This document shows, piece after piece, positions 1 to 13,431 of a DNA stretch of 64,000 bases; within the stretch, counting starts at the first letter, position 1, and each line of letters opens with the position of its first letter. The stretch is from Babesia bigemina (Eukaryota), in contig NC_027219.1 in the NCBI RefSeq assembly GCF_000981445.1, positions 682,001-746,000 of the forward strand. Direction: 5' to 3'. The notes beneath the pieces were generated by a model. That model worked only from the letters and a program-made list of their open reading frames with translations. It had not been told where the DNA came from and searched no databases. A program made the translations under genes and the position numbers.

Positions 1-3000
1 TTATATAGCATGTGGCCTGCCCGCTGGCACGCGTCCGCTACGAAGTCGTAGATGCTGAGGTCCCGGTCGCCCGCCGCCATCGCAGCGTGTATGTAGTGCA
101 GCAGCAGGTCGTAGCCATGCTGCATCGCGCGCAACCTGATGTTCCGGGCGGCCCGCGTGTACGAGCCCTTCTGCAGCAGGTCGTACGCGTCGACGTCGAC
201 CGAGCACAGCAGCGACGGGCTCTTCGGCGCCTGCGGCAAGAACACCACCTCGACGGTCATGACACCACCCTTCGTAGTGAACGTGGCTGCGCACGTGCTT
301 TTGAGGAGCTGCAGGAGCTCGCGCTGCACTACCCTGATCCGTGCGCTCAGCGCCGACCCGTAGTCCATGACCTCACGCATCAGTGCGATCAGTGTGACCG
401 GATGGCTCTCATCCACGTTGTTGCTCATCCAACGCGATATGATCTGGCGCATGCGCTTGTTGGCCGCTTCAAGCAGCCGCGTCAGCACCTGCTCCCAGAC
501 CTTGTCCGAGCCTCCCCCCGTCTTGAACTTCGGTGCCGTGAACACTATCCGGAGCCCCCGGCTCACGTCCACCATGTCATCCCACTTGACGGGGCAAATG
601 GTTATGTGCGATGTGCCCCGAGGGAATTCGATAGGTGCATCCTCGGTTTCCAACGCGTCGGGGTCGGAGGTTGCGGAATTAGTCGACTCAACCCCCGAAG
701 AGTAGAACCTCCCCAGTTCCCGGGTCACGGAGGGCGTTTTTGATAATATGGGGCTACATGATGGCCACTCATCGCTCCTGAACACCGGGACGTGCGTACG
801 GTGATGCGGCGTCCGGGTTGCTTCCACCTCCGGGGACGACTCGTCGCCACACCTCAGCACCGACCGCATGCAAATCGGTAAGAAGTTCCCGTATCCCGCA
901 CCACCTTCGGTAACTTTAATGCAAACCAGCATGTTGATCTCTGGGTTGAAGCGCTGCTCAGCTTTGATGCGACGATACACCACGGGCTTGTTCATGGTGC
1001 CATCCATCAGGTTGTCGGCAACACGCACGAGGTCGTTATGCCAGCTCTTCCTGAAGCTGCGAATGCAGCGCTTGGTGTTGCAGTCGGCATTGAAGAAAAT
1101 TGCAAACACCCATCGAATTTTCTTCGAGCCCGCGTCTAGAGGGACCACCCTTATGCCCGTCGCGGCGTAGATGTTACGCAGGGTTTCGATCAAGTGTTCC
1201 ATGTGTTGCAATTTCTGGCCATTGGCCTCGCGCAGTTGTACGCGCTGCGTGAGCTTCGCAACTCTCGTCCTGAGGGTCTCAAGATGCTTGGATTTGAAAC
1301 CAATGAGATTTGTCTGCATTTCACTATACTTTTGACGTTGCTGAATGGACTTCGTCAACTGACGGCATTCCTTGACCACGGAGCTATACACTTCCGTGGC
1401 ATTTGCAAGCAGCGTGGCATGATTTGTTGCCGATACGCAGCTCTGGTGCATCTTCTCTTTCGCGGCGTTGATGCTTTTCAGTTTACTCATGACCTCGGAA
1501 AGCATCTGCTTGGCCTCCTCCTGAACCTCGCGCTTTTGCGGTGTTAAGTCCAGCAACGTTGACGATGGCGCGTTCATGCCTGAAGCAGCCGGCGGCCCTG
1601 TAACATCCGCCGGCCGATCGTTGCTGTCCGCCGGGATGCTGTAACCGCTTTCACACAACTTAGCTCCAACCAAGATTTGTACCCTCTTGTACGCCTCGTC
1701 AACCAAAAGTTCAGCCTCAGGCATCACTACGGGATTATCCTGCCCCTTTTGTGCGGACTCGTCGTTGAAGCCGTGAGGGCTCATATCAGCCAGCTTTAAG
1801 CGCTTCGGAATGTTACGTAGTCCGTACGCCACGCCTGGGATAAACCGTTCATCGTATGACGGCACTATGTCGCTGTGCAGCCGCGACTTCTCTCTGACCA
1901 AGGCCGAATAGAAGTCGGTCGTCTGCAGCGGCGCAGCTAGTTCCAAATGTGCATTATGCGATGGATCTGGTACCGTAACGGCGTTCTCGACAACCATTTC
2001 TCCTTCAGGTGTGGACTCCGTCACAGTTGCAGCCACCGCCATTTGGCTGTAACTTGCAGGTATGACGGAATACAGTTTGTTAATGGCATCGTCCGTGTGC
2101 ATTAAATCTTCCGTGCTGCGAGGCGGGGAGAGCGGATGTTGGGACCTTATAAGCTCCATCTGCTCGTTTTCGGTGATAAGCGGCATCAAGGTCCCCATTT
2201 CTGATATTTCCTGTCGCACAACACTCTCTTGAAGAGCGGTCAATACCGGCATTGTTTGGAGGTCGTTGTTTTCGGGCGTACCGAGGTTCGGGGGTGCGCT
2301 GACGGATCCACCTGTGCCGTCTTCGGCAGATCCCTGTTCTATAGACGTCATCATACTCATTTGAGCCTTGATATAATCTTCATCCAGCTCTATTTCATTT
2401 GAAGAAGGGAGTTGCGAATCGGCCGGGGTTGAGCCATCAGGTCCATGCTCACTAGCCCGACGTGCTACGAAAAGTTGCACTCGGTCAGAGAATGTCATGC
2501 CATCCGCGGGTTCGTCGCAGCTTCCCATATCCTGCTCGCCAGAATAGAAAGCATGGTTATACAGTAGATCCTCAAGGTTCATTGGCGCAGTTGGTGCAAG
2601 CACTCCCGGATGCCCCTGAATATTCAGGCCAGCATGGTACGATAACCCTCCCGGAACGTTGTAAAAAAGTGCATCCTCCTCATATCCAACACTTCCCGAA
2701 CTGTTGCTCCCCTCATGGGATTGTGCGGCCGCAGGCACGTCACTATACGAGAACGTGAAATTTAGCGTCTCCGACCCAGCGCAAGGCTGATCGTCTTCGT
2801 TGTCCTCCGTGTCCTGCCCCCTGGCGGTGTACATCTGTACATCATCGTCCAGCTTAACGCCACTACTGCTTCCAGCTGTATCGCCAAAGGGTGCAGCATA
2901 CACGTTGAAATTATCCGGTATGAGGAATATGCTGCCCTCCTCTTCGTCGTCCACTGCATGCTCCCCTTCGTCACTGCGCTTCACGATAAGCCCGTCGCCC

Positions 3001-4598
3001 ATTTCTTCGGTATGGGAAATACGGGACCGACGTGATGCGGATCCTCTTTCCTTTCCGCCGCTGTGCCTGGCAGTGGGTGTAGTAGTTTGGTGGAGCAGTC
3101 CGTTGTCATGGGTTGCAGCGATCAGGTGACTCTCATTACCCCAAAAATTACCGGCGGCAATATACTGTTCTATATTATCTTGCCTGATTTGAGATATTCC
3201 GGATCCTCCATGTGGCGAAGCGAACCCCTCATCGGCACTTCGATGACTCAGTATGCCACTTGGCTCGTTAAGACAGCCGATCCCACCAATCTCGGATACG
3301 GAATGCACGTTCCGCAACTCATCACCCAGCGTTTCCACCAGTTCGCGATGAATGATAGAGCTCCCTACAGTATGCCCCGCGGGCCCTCCGTCAGCGAAGC
3401 TGCCTCCCGACGCACCTCCAGTTGACTGGCGTGCCGACGCGTCGGTCAAATATTGCCCATTTAACCCGTAAGAGCTGGCAGTACTCTGCCCGTGCCTGAA
3501 GTAAATATTGCCCAAGGAATCCTGCGTGCCAGTTTCCCTTTGATAAGGGCTCTGAAGCTGTTGCGGAAACTGGCCTGCCTCACCAGCGTGGTTTCTTGGG
3601 GTACCTCTCGGCGTTCTTTCTCTAGACGGTATATTTCCGATTGATCTTCGCACACCGGGTGCCATGGAATGGTGGATTACATGTGATCTGGCGTCGGCGT
3701 TCGGCGGGTATTCTATAACCAAAGATTCTTCGGAGGACGGCGTCATTGTGGACATCGTTCCTGAACTAGCACCCGTAGTGGAGCTCTCGTCCGATTGCAT
3801 GGCTAGTGGCACGTTGAAGGATCCGCCATTATTTTGGTCGCGATTACCCTGGGTTGACTCGCTCCTGTGCACGCTGAAGTAACCGCCCGGCGCGCTGACG
3901 CTGGACAGCACTGGTAATGGTGAGTTTCGGTTCAAGTGGAGACGTGACGGCGATGACATGCAGCCATCATGCACCTTATCCGCATACATTGAGAAAGCGC
4001 TGTTGCCGTCATGTAATCTTGGAAACAATCCCGGTGTCCGATGAAGTATTTGTGGACTCGGTACATCCGCAGAATGCGCCAGCTGCCCGGGGAAAGGTAA
4101 TCCAAATGCGGGTAACCGTCTAAACCGTTGTGAAGCCGTCGAACTGGCCGAACGCATCGAATTTATCGATGATGATAGATTAATTGACTTCCCACCAGAA
4201 CTCCTCCGGCCGGTGGTCGATGATCGGCGTGTTCTGGTCGGAGTCCCAGTCGATACTGGATCGACAAACAAGGCCCCTGAACCACTGTCGTCATTGCGCG
4301 CGCTACCTATATCTACAATGGGTTCTGTGCTGATCATGCGTAGTAAGCTCCGGCTCGGGATTCCAATGTTGACGCGCTCAGGGGGCAACGGTGTGCTTCC
4401 AGACGTCCCCCGAACGACTCGTCGATTGCTGCCATCTTCATTTGATACTGTAGGTACGTAAGACGTGCTATCACCTGCATTCACTGTTTCGTTTAAGCCG
4501 TGGCTGGGCGAGGGGACCTGAGACCGTCGTGGCGTCCGCTTGGGCACATTTTCAGGGTAGCCATTGGCTCCACCTGACCCTCTTCCTTCCGCATCCAT
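1..4598 (-). CDS. Large (>1530 aa) hypothetical protein, 3' end beyond the window. Disordered N-terminal ~1000 aa, coiled coil, globular C-terminus; possible KNL1/AKiT1-like kinetochore protein
   Basis: Manual translation from ATG 4598 (MDAEGRGSGG...) stays open to the window edge (...ADACQRAGHMLY). It is absent from the ORF track because it has no stop here. Helical/coiled-coil-like stretch at ~1190-1545. Confidence 0.85.
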   Translation of the reverse strand, partial: MDAEGRGSGGANGYPENVPKRTPRRSQVPSPSHGLNETVNAGDSTSYVPTVSNEDGSNRRVVRGTSGSTPLPPERVNIGIPSRSLLRMISTEPIVDIGSARNDDSGSGALFVDPVSTGTPTRTRRSSTTGRRSSGGKSINLSSSINSMRSASSTASQRFRRLPAFGLPFPGQLAHSADVPSPQILHRTPGLFPRLHDGNSAFSMYADKVHDGCMSSPSRLHLNRNSPLPVLSSVSAPGGYFSVHRSESTQGNRDQNNGGSFNVPLAMQSDESSTTGASSGTMSTMTPSSEESLVIEYPPNADARSHVIHHSMAPGVRRSIGNIPSRERTPRGTPRNHAGEAGQFPQQLQSPYQRETGTQDSLGNIYFRHGQSTASSYGLNGQYLTDASARQSTGGASGGSFADGGPAGHTVGSSIIHRELVETLGDELRNVHSVSEIGGIGCLNEPSGILSHRSADEGFASPHGGSGISQIRQDNIEQYIAAGNFWGNESHLIAATHDNGLLHQTTTPTARHSGGKERGSASRRSRISHTEEMGDGLIVKRSDEGEHAVDDEEEGSIFLIPDNFNVYAAPFGDTAGSSSGVKLDDDVQMYTARGQDTEDNEDDQPCAGSETLNFTFSYSDVPAAAQSHEGSNSSGSVGYEEDALFYNVPGGLSYHAGLNIQGHPGVLAPTAPMNLEDLLYNHAFYSGEQDMGSCDEPADGMTFSDRVQLFVARRASEHGPDGSTPADSQLPSSNEIELDEDYIKAQMSMMTSIEQGSAEDGTGGSVSAPPNLGTPENNDLQTMPVLTALQESVVRQEISEMGTLMPLITENEQMELIRSQHPLSPPRSTEDLMHTDDAINKLYSVIPASYSQMAVAATVTESTPEGEMVVENAVTVPDPSHNAHLELAAPLQTTDFYSALVREKSRLHSDIVPSYDERFIPGVAYGLRNIPKRLKLADMSPHGFNDESAQKGQDNPVVMPEAELLVDEAYKRVQILVGAKLCESGYSIPADSNDRPADVTGPPAASGMNAPSSTLLDLTPQKREVQEEAKQMLSEVMSKLKSINAAKEKMHQSCVSATNHATLLANATEVYSSVVKECRQLTKSIQQRQKYSEMQTNLIGFKSKHLETLRTRVAKLTQRVQLREANGQKLQHMEHLIETLRNIYAATGIRVVPLDAGSKKIRWVFAIFFNADCNTKRCIRSFRKSWHNDLVRVADNLMDGTMNKPVVYRRIKAEQRFNPEINMLVCIKVTEGGAGYGNFLPICMRSVLRCGDESSPEVEATRTPHHRTHVPVFRSDEWPSCSPILSKTPSVTRELGRFYSSGVESTNSATSDPDALETEDAPIEFPRGTSHITICPVKWDDMVDVSRGLRIVFTAPKFKTGGGSDKVWEQVLTRLLEAANKRMRQIISRWMSNNVDESHPVTLIALMREVMDYGSALSARIRVVQRELLQLLKSTCAATFTTKGGVMTVEVVFLPQAPKSPSLLCSVDVDAYDLLQKGSYTRAARNIRLRAMQHGYDLLLHYIHAAMAAGDRDLSIYDFVADACQRAGHMLY

Positions 4599-5281
4599 AC
4601 GGTGATTTGCCTAGATAAGCACACGATTCATTCCTATTTCGGCGTGTTGGCGGACACTCAACTCTGACCAGAAGCGCATCGATAAATACACTTTGCACCG
4701 ATGCGATTCCACACAGCCGGCATTTATATTACAAAAACTGCAATTTACTATCAAAACGCAATACCGAATATTTGCGTTAGCTACACCATCAATACATAGA
4801 CAACGACATCACTCAACTCGGCGCGCCACCAAGCGTAACTGAGAGGAAGAGAATCCTCAACTGGGCAAGTATTAGCATACAATTACTGCAACCGGGAGCA
4901 ACCTAAAAGCGTTGCATTCCCGCTGCGGCATACCGCATTGTGAGGGTTGCACAATTGGCATTTGATGATACACATACATGCACACAGCGCGTTCCTGCGC
5001 CGATGCTCTGGTCTTTATAAGCGACAGGTGAAGCAATTTAGCCGCTAGTATGTTCTGCGTGGGTGGAGTTACAAGGCAGGCTATGCAACCTTCCCTGTGT
5101 GTGCAAACGACGTCCGTTGCGCCTTCCATGCATTAAAATACGCTGGTGATTCGTTATGGGAGCGTGTATACTCGTCAAAAGCGACCATTCTATGAATGCT
5201 GTGCAGCTGGATGCCCTTTGCAGGCGTTTTGCAACAGGTGACACCTTATGTGTAGCCGTTGTCTAGCATCCGAATGCAGCG

Positions 5282-5844
5282 TCACACCTTAACATATTGG
5301 GGATACATCCTCGTTAGCACCTTGATCAGTTCCTCTTGCAACACCTCTAGCATGGTGTTATCTGTTTCTTCCACATTGCAACTCAGGAATACTGCTCGGT
5401 TGAATCTTACAGCTGCATTGGTGTCACCCCGTTGTTGGTTGGAGCTTACCGAACATCTTCGCCAAGTCTGATGAGATGGCATCCAAGTCTCCAATAAGCG
5501 TGCTTCCGACGCTGGTTTCGTCCTGCACGTTTTGCGGTTTATGCCGATATATATCTAGTTACGTAAAACATATGCTCATGCACGGAGGCACGTATGATTC
5601 ACATGCGGTGCTATTAGGGGCACTGTATATAGAGTACGTCACAAAATCTCGTCTATATTGCGGTCTAATCTATCAGCGAAACAAGTAAAAGTACCTTTAA
5701 CCTGTTGACAGGGAAGCCGCAGTGTAGGTCTCGGCAAGCCTTGCTATCGTCGCCAACCCAGACATACAGCCCGGATTCATATTCTACCGATAGCACGTTC
5801 AACGTCTTATCATACACCGTGAAGGAATCCTTATGGATTTCCAT
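5282..5844 (-). CDS. PSMG4: Proteasome assembly chaperone 4 (PAC4), 3 exons, 117 aa
   Basis: Exons 5844-5695, 5522-5450, 5412-5282 with GT-AG introns. The spliced protein (MEIHKDSF...GLYVWVGD...STLIGDLDAISSDLAKMFAVRFNRAVFLSCNV) fits the PAC4 pattern (LWVG, STSLLG, LAxRLA, VFVSxNL). Confidence 0.8.
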
Positions 5845-6128
5845 GTTGACGGCAGTTGTGTCTTTTCACGGCGTTCAGTGAGGATTTTCAGGTGTATCCG
5901 CGCCGGTTTGCTGCTCCTTGTCTTCGTCGATCAACAGATTACAGCATTTCCAACGCTGTAAAACAATTGCCTAAATAGAATATGTCGCAATCCCGTGGAT
6001 CTGTAGGTGGTAGTGTGCTGCAGGATCCCGTATATGCGCTATACACAGGCCAGGTTTATGAGCAATTCCAGAGAATCGCTGCTGTAGGCATGTTGTGTGT
6101 TTTAAGGTGGATATCATGATATCTGTAG

Positions 6129-7659
<1,531 letters not shown>

Positions 7660-7895
7660 ACACACTTTATAAAACAGAAATACGCATAGCGAAACAATTC
7701 AATTGGTGTCGCTTTTAGCGTTACAACAGTGCGGGAGGCATTATTAACGTAATAATGCCTTTGTATCTGAGGGTTACGCGCTCAGACAAGATAGTGTTTT
7801 TCACCACGGAGAATACTTCTCTCGTTGTCTACATTTAAGGATGGCAATTCCGTAAGGTCTGAGAGCTCATTTGGGACATTGGGAACGATGGAATC

Positions 7896-8273
7896 TTATG
7901 CTATCCGGTAAATGAGGTGAATCCCCGATTCGGTATGCACTAGGCCGCTGACCTCGCCGACAGCAAGTAGGAACGCTGCAGTGGAGAAAGGGCCTTGCAT
8001 TTCGTTGCGGGTGAAAAATCCAAGGTCGCCTCCGTTCTGAGCACTTGTGCACTCCGATATGTTCGTGGCCTTCTTCCGGAACTCACGGTCCCGTATTTCG
8101 GCAGCCATGATCTCTTCGCGGTGCCGCGTCATTTCCGCAATAGCCTCCTCCTTTGTGCGCGTGATCCTCTGATTGGTGTTTCTGTTGATCGGATTGCGCG
8201 ATCCCTTGTGCTTCAAGAGAATGTGGGCACACCGCACCTTGGTGGGCACCATCTCCCTCATCATATTGGGCAT
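7896..8273 (-). CDS. PIN1: Pin1-type parvulin peptidyl-prolyl isomerase without WW domain
   Basis: [58 protein letters not shown]. Confidence 0.93.
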   Translation of the reverse strand: MPNMMREMVPTKVRCAHILLKHKGSRNPINRNTNQRITRTKEEAIAEMTRHREEIMAAEIRDREFRKKATNISECTSAQNGGDLGFFTRNEMQGPFSTAAFLLAVGEVSGLVHTESGIHLIYRIA

Positions 8274-8450
8274 TGTGACCTACTTCAATCGATAGAAGAG
8301 GGGTAGCTTATTTAGGTTCGCTTGCTAATATGAGGGTAACTAATCCTGAGTCGAGCGTTGGGGAAATTCTGAAGTCAGGACGCTTATGTTCTGAGAGTTA
8401 TCTGTCCTCGTAGATGATAGAGCATCGGGCGCACAGGCTTTGCTGCCGTC

Positions 8451-8782
8451 TCACAATACAGTCTAGCACCAAACGTAATGACACACCGCAGTAAAGGTAG
8501 TATTTACGTACGCGCGGAGGGAGCGTCTGTCAAAGGGCTGCTTTAGCACTACTTGCACATACCAAGTTGCTTGTATTGCCACCTTTTGGGCTCTTATTTT
8601 CGGCAGGGAGCCTGCTTCCTAGTTCTAACCCTTCCCGCGTATCCGGACTTGCTTTTAAGGTAGTCAGTACCGTTGAGCAACCGACGGCGCCGATTGGACA
8701 TGTATCTCACGGCAACAAGCAAATAGTTCAACCCCGCCGTTTGCGACCAAACATGCGGTAATGATCGTAAAAAATTACGCAT
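8451..8782 (-). CDS. Putative small multi-exon ORF with a presequence-like N-terminus, or 5' exons of PIN1
   Basis: Exons 8782-8671, 8618-8563 and 8526-8512 join in frame through GT-AG introns: MRNFLRSLPHVWSQTAGLNYLLVAVRYMSNRRRRLLNGSRLPAENKSPKGGNTSNLTLPPR. The last exon is uncertain. Confidence 0.4.
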
Positions 8783-9362
8783 GTCCGAACGCCGTGCGCA
8801 GCTGTGCTACCGGCGAACAGTGCAAAACGTAATTATTGAAACACCAAATGAAAAATTTCAACGGTGCCGGGCCTCGAATAAGAATCACTTGGAGTACACA
8901 CTTCGTATATGCTGACTTGTGTTCGCGTTAAAAACATAGACTAATTGCTGCCGACGCTCGTGTCCTGGGGCTGCGCGTACATAGGGCTGCTGCTATTTTT
9001 CCCTCCCGCGCGCGGGCCGCAGGCTGTGTGGTCGAGTGACACATTGCATTTATTTGTTGTTCGAAAGTAGGTTCAAAACAATCTGTTGGAATTATTCTGT
9101 GCTCGTTGCGCGATTGGGTTTGTCGGTTCTGCGGATTCGGCGCGCATCGGATGGGAAGTAAGTTATCCAATGCATTCGGCCCGTTGCCTTTCACACCGCT
9201 TTAAAAAATGGCATACACGCGTATGTAGGTTTATGTCAACGACGGAAGGTCGGTGTCTTAGGTCTAAAAAGGCTTTTGTGCCAACGCGGTGTGTTATAAT
9301 ACGGCGCGCTTTTGTTGGATGTGTATAGTGTGTGATCCTTGAGTTTCTCAAAATTTGACGCA

Positions 9363-10764
9363 ATGGATACGCACTCTGGGAAGTCAGAAATGGAAGCTTT
9401 GAACGACCTTTTTTCCAAGGCGTTTGCGCAGTATTTTATGATGCAATGGTGTCAGCGGGGTTATGAGACGCACTCCACGTTCAAAAATGAACTGGACGCC
9501 GTGGTGTCTATCTGGCCGCACGAAATACCGATCCAATCTGAGGAATCAGTCAATCAGGAAACTGCTAACAGGAATTTGGAGGGTGAGGGCGCGAGCTCCC
9601 AGCCGGGGCAGGCTGCCCGGGATGCCGACCGTCTCCGGAAGTTCCAAGTGCTGAAAGATCTTGAATATGCATTCCAGCTGATGATGGTGGCCTGCCACAA
9701 AATGCATATTTTCTCGTCTAACGAGAGGGTGGAGGATGTGCATACCGAGGATCTCAAATTCCTTATGCTCCCATACCTGGCGGCGCATGTTGGCCTTGAG
9801 AAGCCTGACCTCAAACAGCGCTTGAATGTGCTCAAGCGATGCGTGGTGTATCTGACCGAATTCATCCACACCCTCATCCGCATGGACGCCATGCACCAGC
9901 GTGAACTGGTCTACTGGGAGCGCAATTTGGGCGACATTGCCGATGAAAGGCGTACCTTTAGGATCAATTCCACGAAATACACCATCGAGATTCTGGGGAG
10001 AATGCGTCCAGCATTCAACACAACCGAAGGGATCATCAATTTTTTCAAGGAGGCCAATTCCAAAAATGCTGAAGAGGCTACCTTGCGAGCCAGAGTTCTG
10101 GATCTCTTGCACCTATTTTCCTTCGAGGCCATAAATCTTTACGATATGATAAAGATGGTTAGTTCATATCCTCTGGAAAGTGTACAATAATTGATGTTTG
10201 CTATGCGTGCACTGCATTCCACCGTCCACATGTCATTGTTTGATCGTTTAACTATTCACATACGCTGCTAGGAAATTCCGTTGCTGGAACGCCATCTGAA
10301 AGAGGCCGGTAATCCCGAGTCAAACACCGTCGAGGAAGATAAGCGGAGCAGGCCTTCTCGCTCAAAACCGTGGGTCATTCGAGTTGACGGAGTCTCCAAA
10401 TTGGACCCTACTACGGCTCACTTTTTGTATCAGAAGCTCATATTCGTACCTGGCCACAGTGAGTTAACCTAGTGGAATATCAACTGTTACCATTGCGTCA
10501 GACTTGCCCAACATATCCCTGGATGAGTGCGCTCGCATCGAGATGGACATGGACGTGAACACCATTGGTGTCAGAGGCGCTAAAGAGAACACGAGAAAAG
10601 ATGACAGTGCTGAAGAGGACGATGGATGCCGTAGTGGCAGCGAATCGAGCAGTAGCGACGATTCCGATAGGGACAGCGACGACACCAAAGAGAAGGCCGC
10701 GTGGGACGACTGGAAAGATGACCACCCCAGGGGAAGCGGGAACAAGAACCGCAACGTCGGTTAG
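9363..10764 (+). CDS. TAP42: TAP42/alpha4 (IGBP1) PP2A-family phosphatase regulator, 3 exons
   Basis: FSSNERVEDVHTEDLKFLMLPY, LPNISLDE and the C-terminal WDDWKDDHPRGSGNK signature. Introns 10158-10271 and 10459-10501. Confidence 0.9.
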
Positions 10765-11873
10765 ATGTGAGCATGTGGTCAGTGTACCGGGTTTTGCGCG
10801 GCCGTGCTACTAGCAAAGACCTGAGCGGCAGAGCCGCACAGAAATGTTTGCCAGGGGCAATTCATCCGTCGGCGCAGTTTCACGTGGAGGCACTCTTTTA
10901 TTGCTACAAATATTTCATCACCAGGAATAAACGAAAGGCACATGGAATCAATATATAAAATAAACGTCAACAGGCATTCCTACAAAATCTAAGCGCAATT
11001 CACTCATAGCTTCACTGAAAATAATATTAAGTAGAGTATAGTATCACGTCCATAGCCAGCCCCCAGGATAGTTGGTTCATATTTGCTTGATGTATGGTAC
11101 GGCTGAGGGTTTCATGCGCTGCGCCGCAGAAGCCCTACTTGTACCGACGGGAAATGGGGAGGAGCCACAGCATGCTGCATCTTAAGCTTATGCAAGATTA
11201 CCTTGTGAATGATCTCATAGGAGTGGCTTTCAACAAGTGGACAAGTTTCGATGTAGTTCACTCTTCGATTAGGGACGTGAAACGCATAAATCACTACGGC
11301 TGTAAATGGCCAATGTACTTACAAGGGTCGGATGTCTTTGACACCAGTGACGAACAGCGACAGTAAGGCTTATAATCTGCAACTCACATCTGTAGTATGT
11401 ACGTAATGGGCTATTAACAGCTGCGAAAACAATACGAGCGGAACGTAATCACGTGCCACACTATAGAACTTGAAACACATTCCAAAGGCCGTCTACAGCA
11501 ATGAGCTAGTATTTACCCGATGGCCAGGTGCACGCGGTAGAGATTTATTTTTATTAAATATAGGCGAACACATTTCAGTTATTCAGTATGGCAATCGTTT
11601 GATGTGTCGCTGTTTTTCGCTAAATGAGAAGGACTATTAATCTGGGGCAAAACGAATTATGGATGGCAATACTGTCATTGATCAAGCTAGTATTGCCGTG
11701 CACATGTGCCATATAGTTTCGCTCTATGTGGTTTAATCGCAATGAATAACATTACACTCTGCAGTATATGATGCCTATTCCTCATCATTTTCTGCTGATG
11801 CATATATTATTAGTCACCTAGGACAGTTTTATAAAACACTATTTGACGCATTCGACAACTATAGCAGTGGGAA

Positions 11874-13431
11874 ATGACAAATTCTAAGTCAACTGAACCC
11901 GCAGCTGCAACTTCAGCTCCAAAACTCATCTATAATAGCTTGGGACAATCGCTTTACAACCTCGTATCATTCATTGAAGGCTATGACCAACAGGTGTTGT
12001 CCATGTGCATGAGGGCTTTCGAGTTGACTTTGGGTTTTTCGCAGTCTCAGTTGTCTACGTTGGCAACGGTGTCTACTATGTCGCGCATGGGTTGTTGCCT
12101 AATTTGGGGATTGCTGGCAGATAAACATCACTCGAATCACGTTCTTGGGGGTGGTTTGTTAGTGATGGGTATGGCTTCAATTCTTCTAAGTTCTGCGTCG
12201 CGTTACAATGTGGTAAGTTATGATTTTTACACTGTCAATGCACGTGCAGATTGTGTTTTTGCGTTTCCTACATGGGTTCGGGTTTGCGTGCGTCTACCCA
12301 GTGCAACAAAAGATTGTTGCTGATTCAACGAGCTCAAATGAAACAAAGGTAACAAATGGGGCACCGGGGCAATCGATGGCGGGAGGAACAGCGACCCCAG
12401 AGAAACCAAAGAAATCTGAGGGTAGTAAGATATTCACACGTCTACAGTCTCTTAATTGCATTGGGCGATTGTTATGCGCTGTCATAACCACACTTATTGC
12501 ACGCAAGGTATTATTGGGATATTATGGCTGGCGCACTTCCTACGTAGTGCTGGGGTACATATGGACATTGTTTGGTGTTGCAATTATTTTCGGGATGGAA
12601 GGCAATAAACCTTCGCTTTCTAATGGTGTAAATGGTGACCAAGGGCCAAGTACGTCAGAGGATACAACTTTTAACAAATTATTAGAAGGTGCAGCCAAGT
12701 CTGTGTTTATGACTGCAACGACATGGATATTGATATTTACCATATTCATAGCAGAAGCTCCAATGTGTGCTTTTAATTATATGACCATATACTTGCAATA
12801 TTTGGGAGTATCCGACACAATGGCTGGTGTTGCGGTTGCTGTTACATTGATTGGTGGCGCAGCTGGAAGTGCAGCAGGGGGAATGATTATAGATACGATT
12901 GCTAAAGCCGATAACGTATATAGTGAACTTGGTTCGGGGGCTGCCGTGATGGTAGTCCGACTAGTTGTGTGCCTATTGTTTTTCTTAGGGAAGGCGCCAT
13001 CTGGAAAGTTGCTTTGGTATCACTACGTCGAGTTGGCAACGCTGGGCGGAACATTAGTAACGCTTGGCGGCGTAGATAGGGCAGTTATGAAAAAATCAAT
13101 CAACGATATGTACCAGGGCACGGCATCTGCCATGGTTCGCACCATATCTGGCATCGCAAGTAGTGTAGTTTTTTTCCAGGTTTCTGCGTATTTAACTGAG
13201 AAGGTATTTGGCTATGTACCATCTAGGGAGTCGTTCGATACCATGGATGCGGCTGTTAAAGAAAGAAATGCAGAGGCGTTAAGGAAGTCGATGATGTACA
13301 TTATTTTAGCAGGTACATCGATCAACACATTGTGTTATATTGCGTTATTTTTTACTTATGAGAATGATAAAGATAAACTTAAGCGAACCGATGCAACACA
13401 ACGTGAATCGAACCATGTAACGGCGAAATAA
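11874..13431 (+). CDS. Major facilitator superfamily transporter, ~506 aa, 2 exons, in AT-rich island
   Basis: Exons 11874-12212 and 12250-13431. About 12 hydrophobic segments, with WGLLAD, FLRFLHGFG and GWRTSY MFS-type motifs. Confidence 0.88.
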
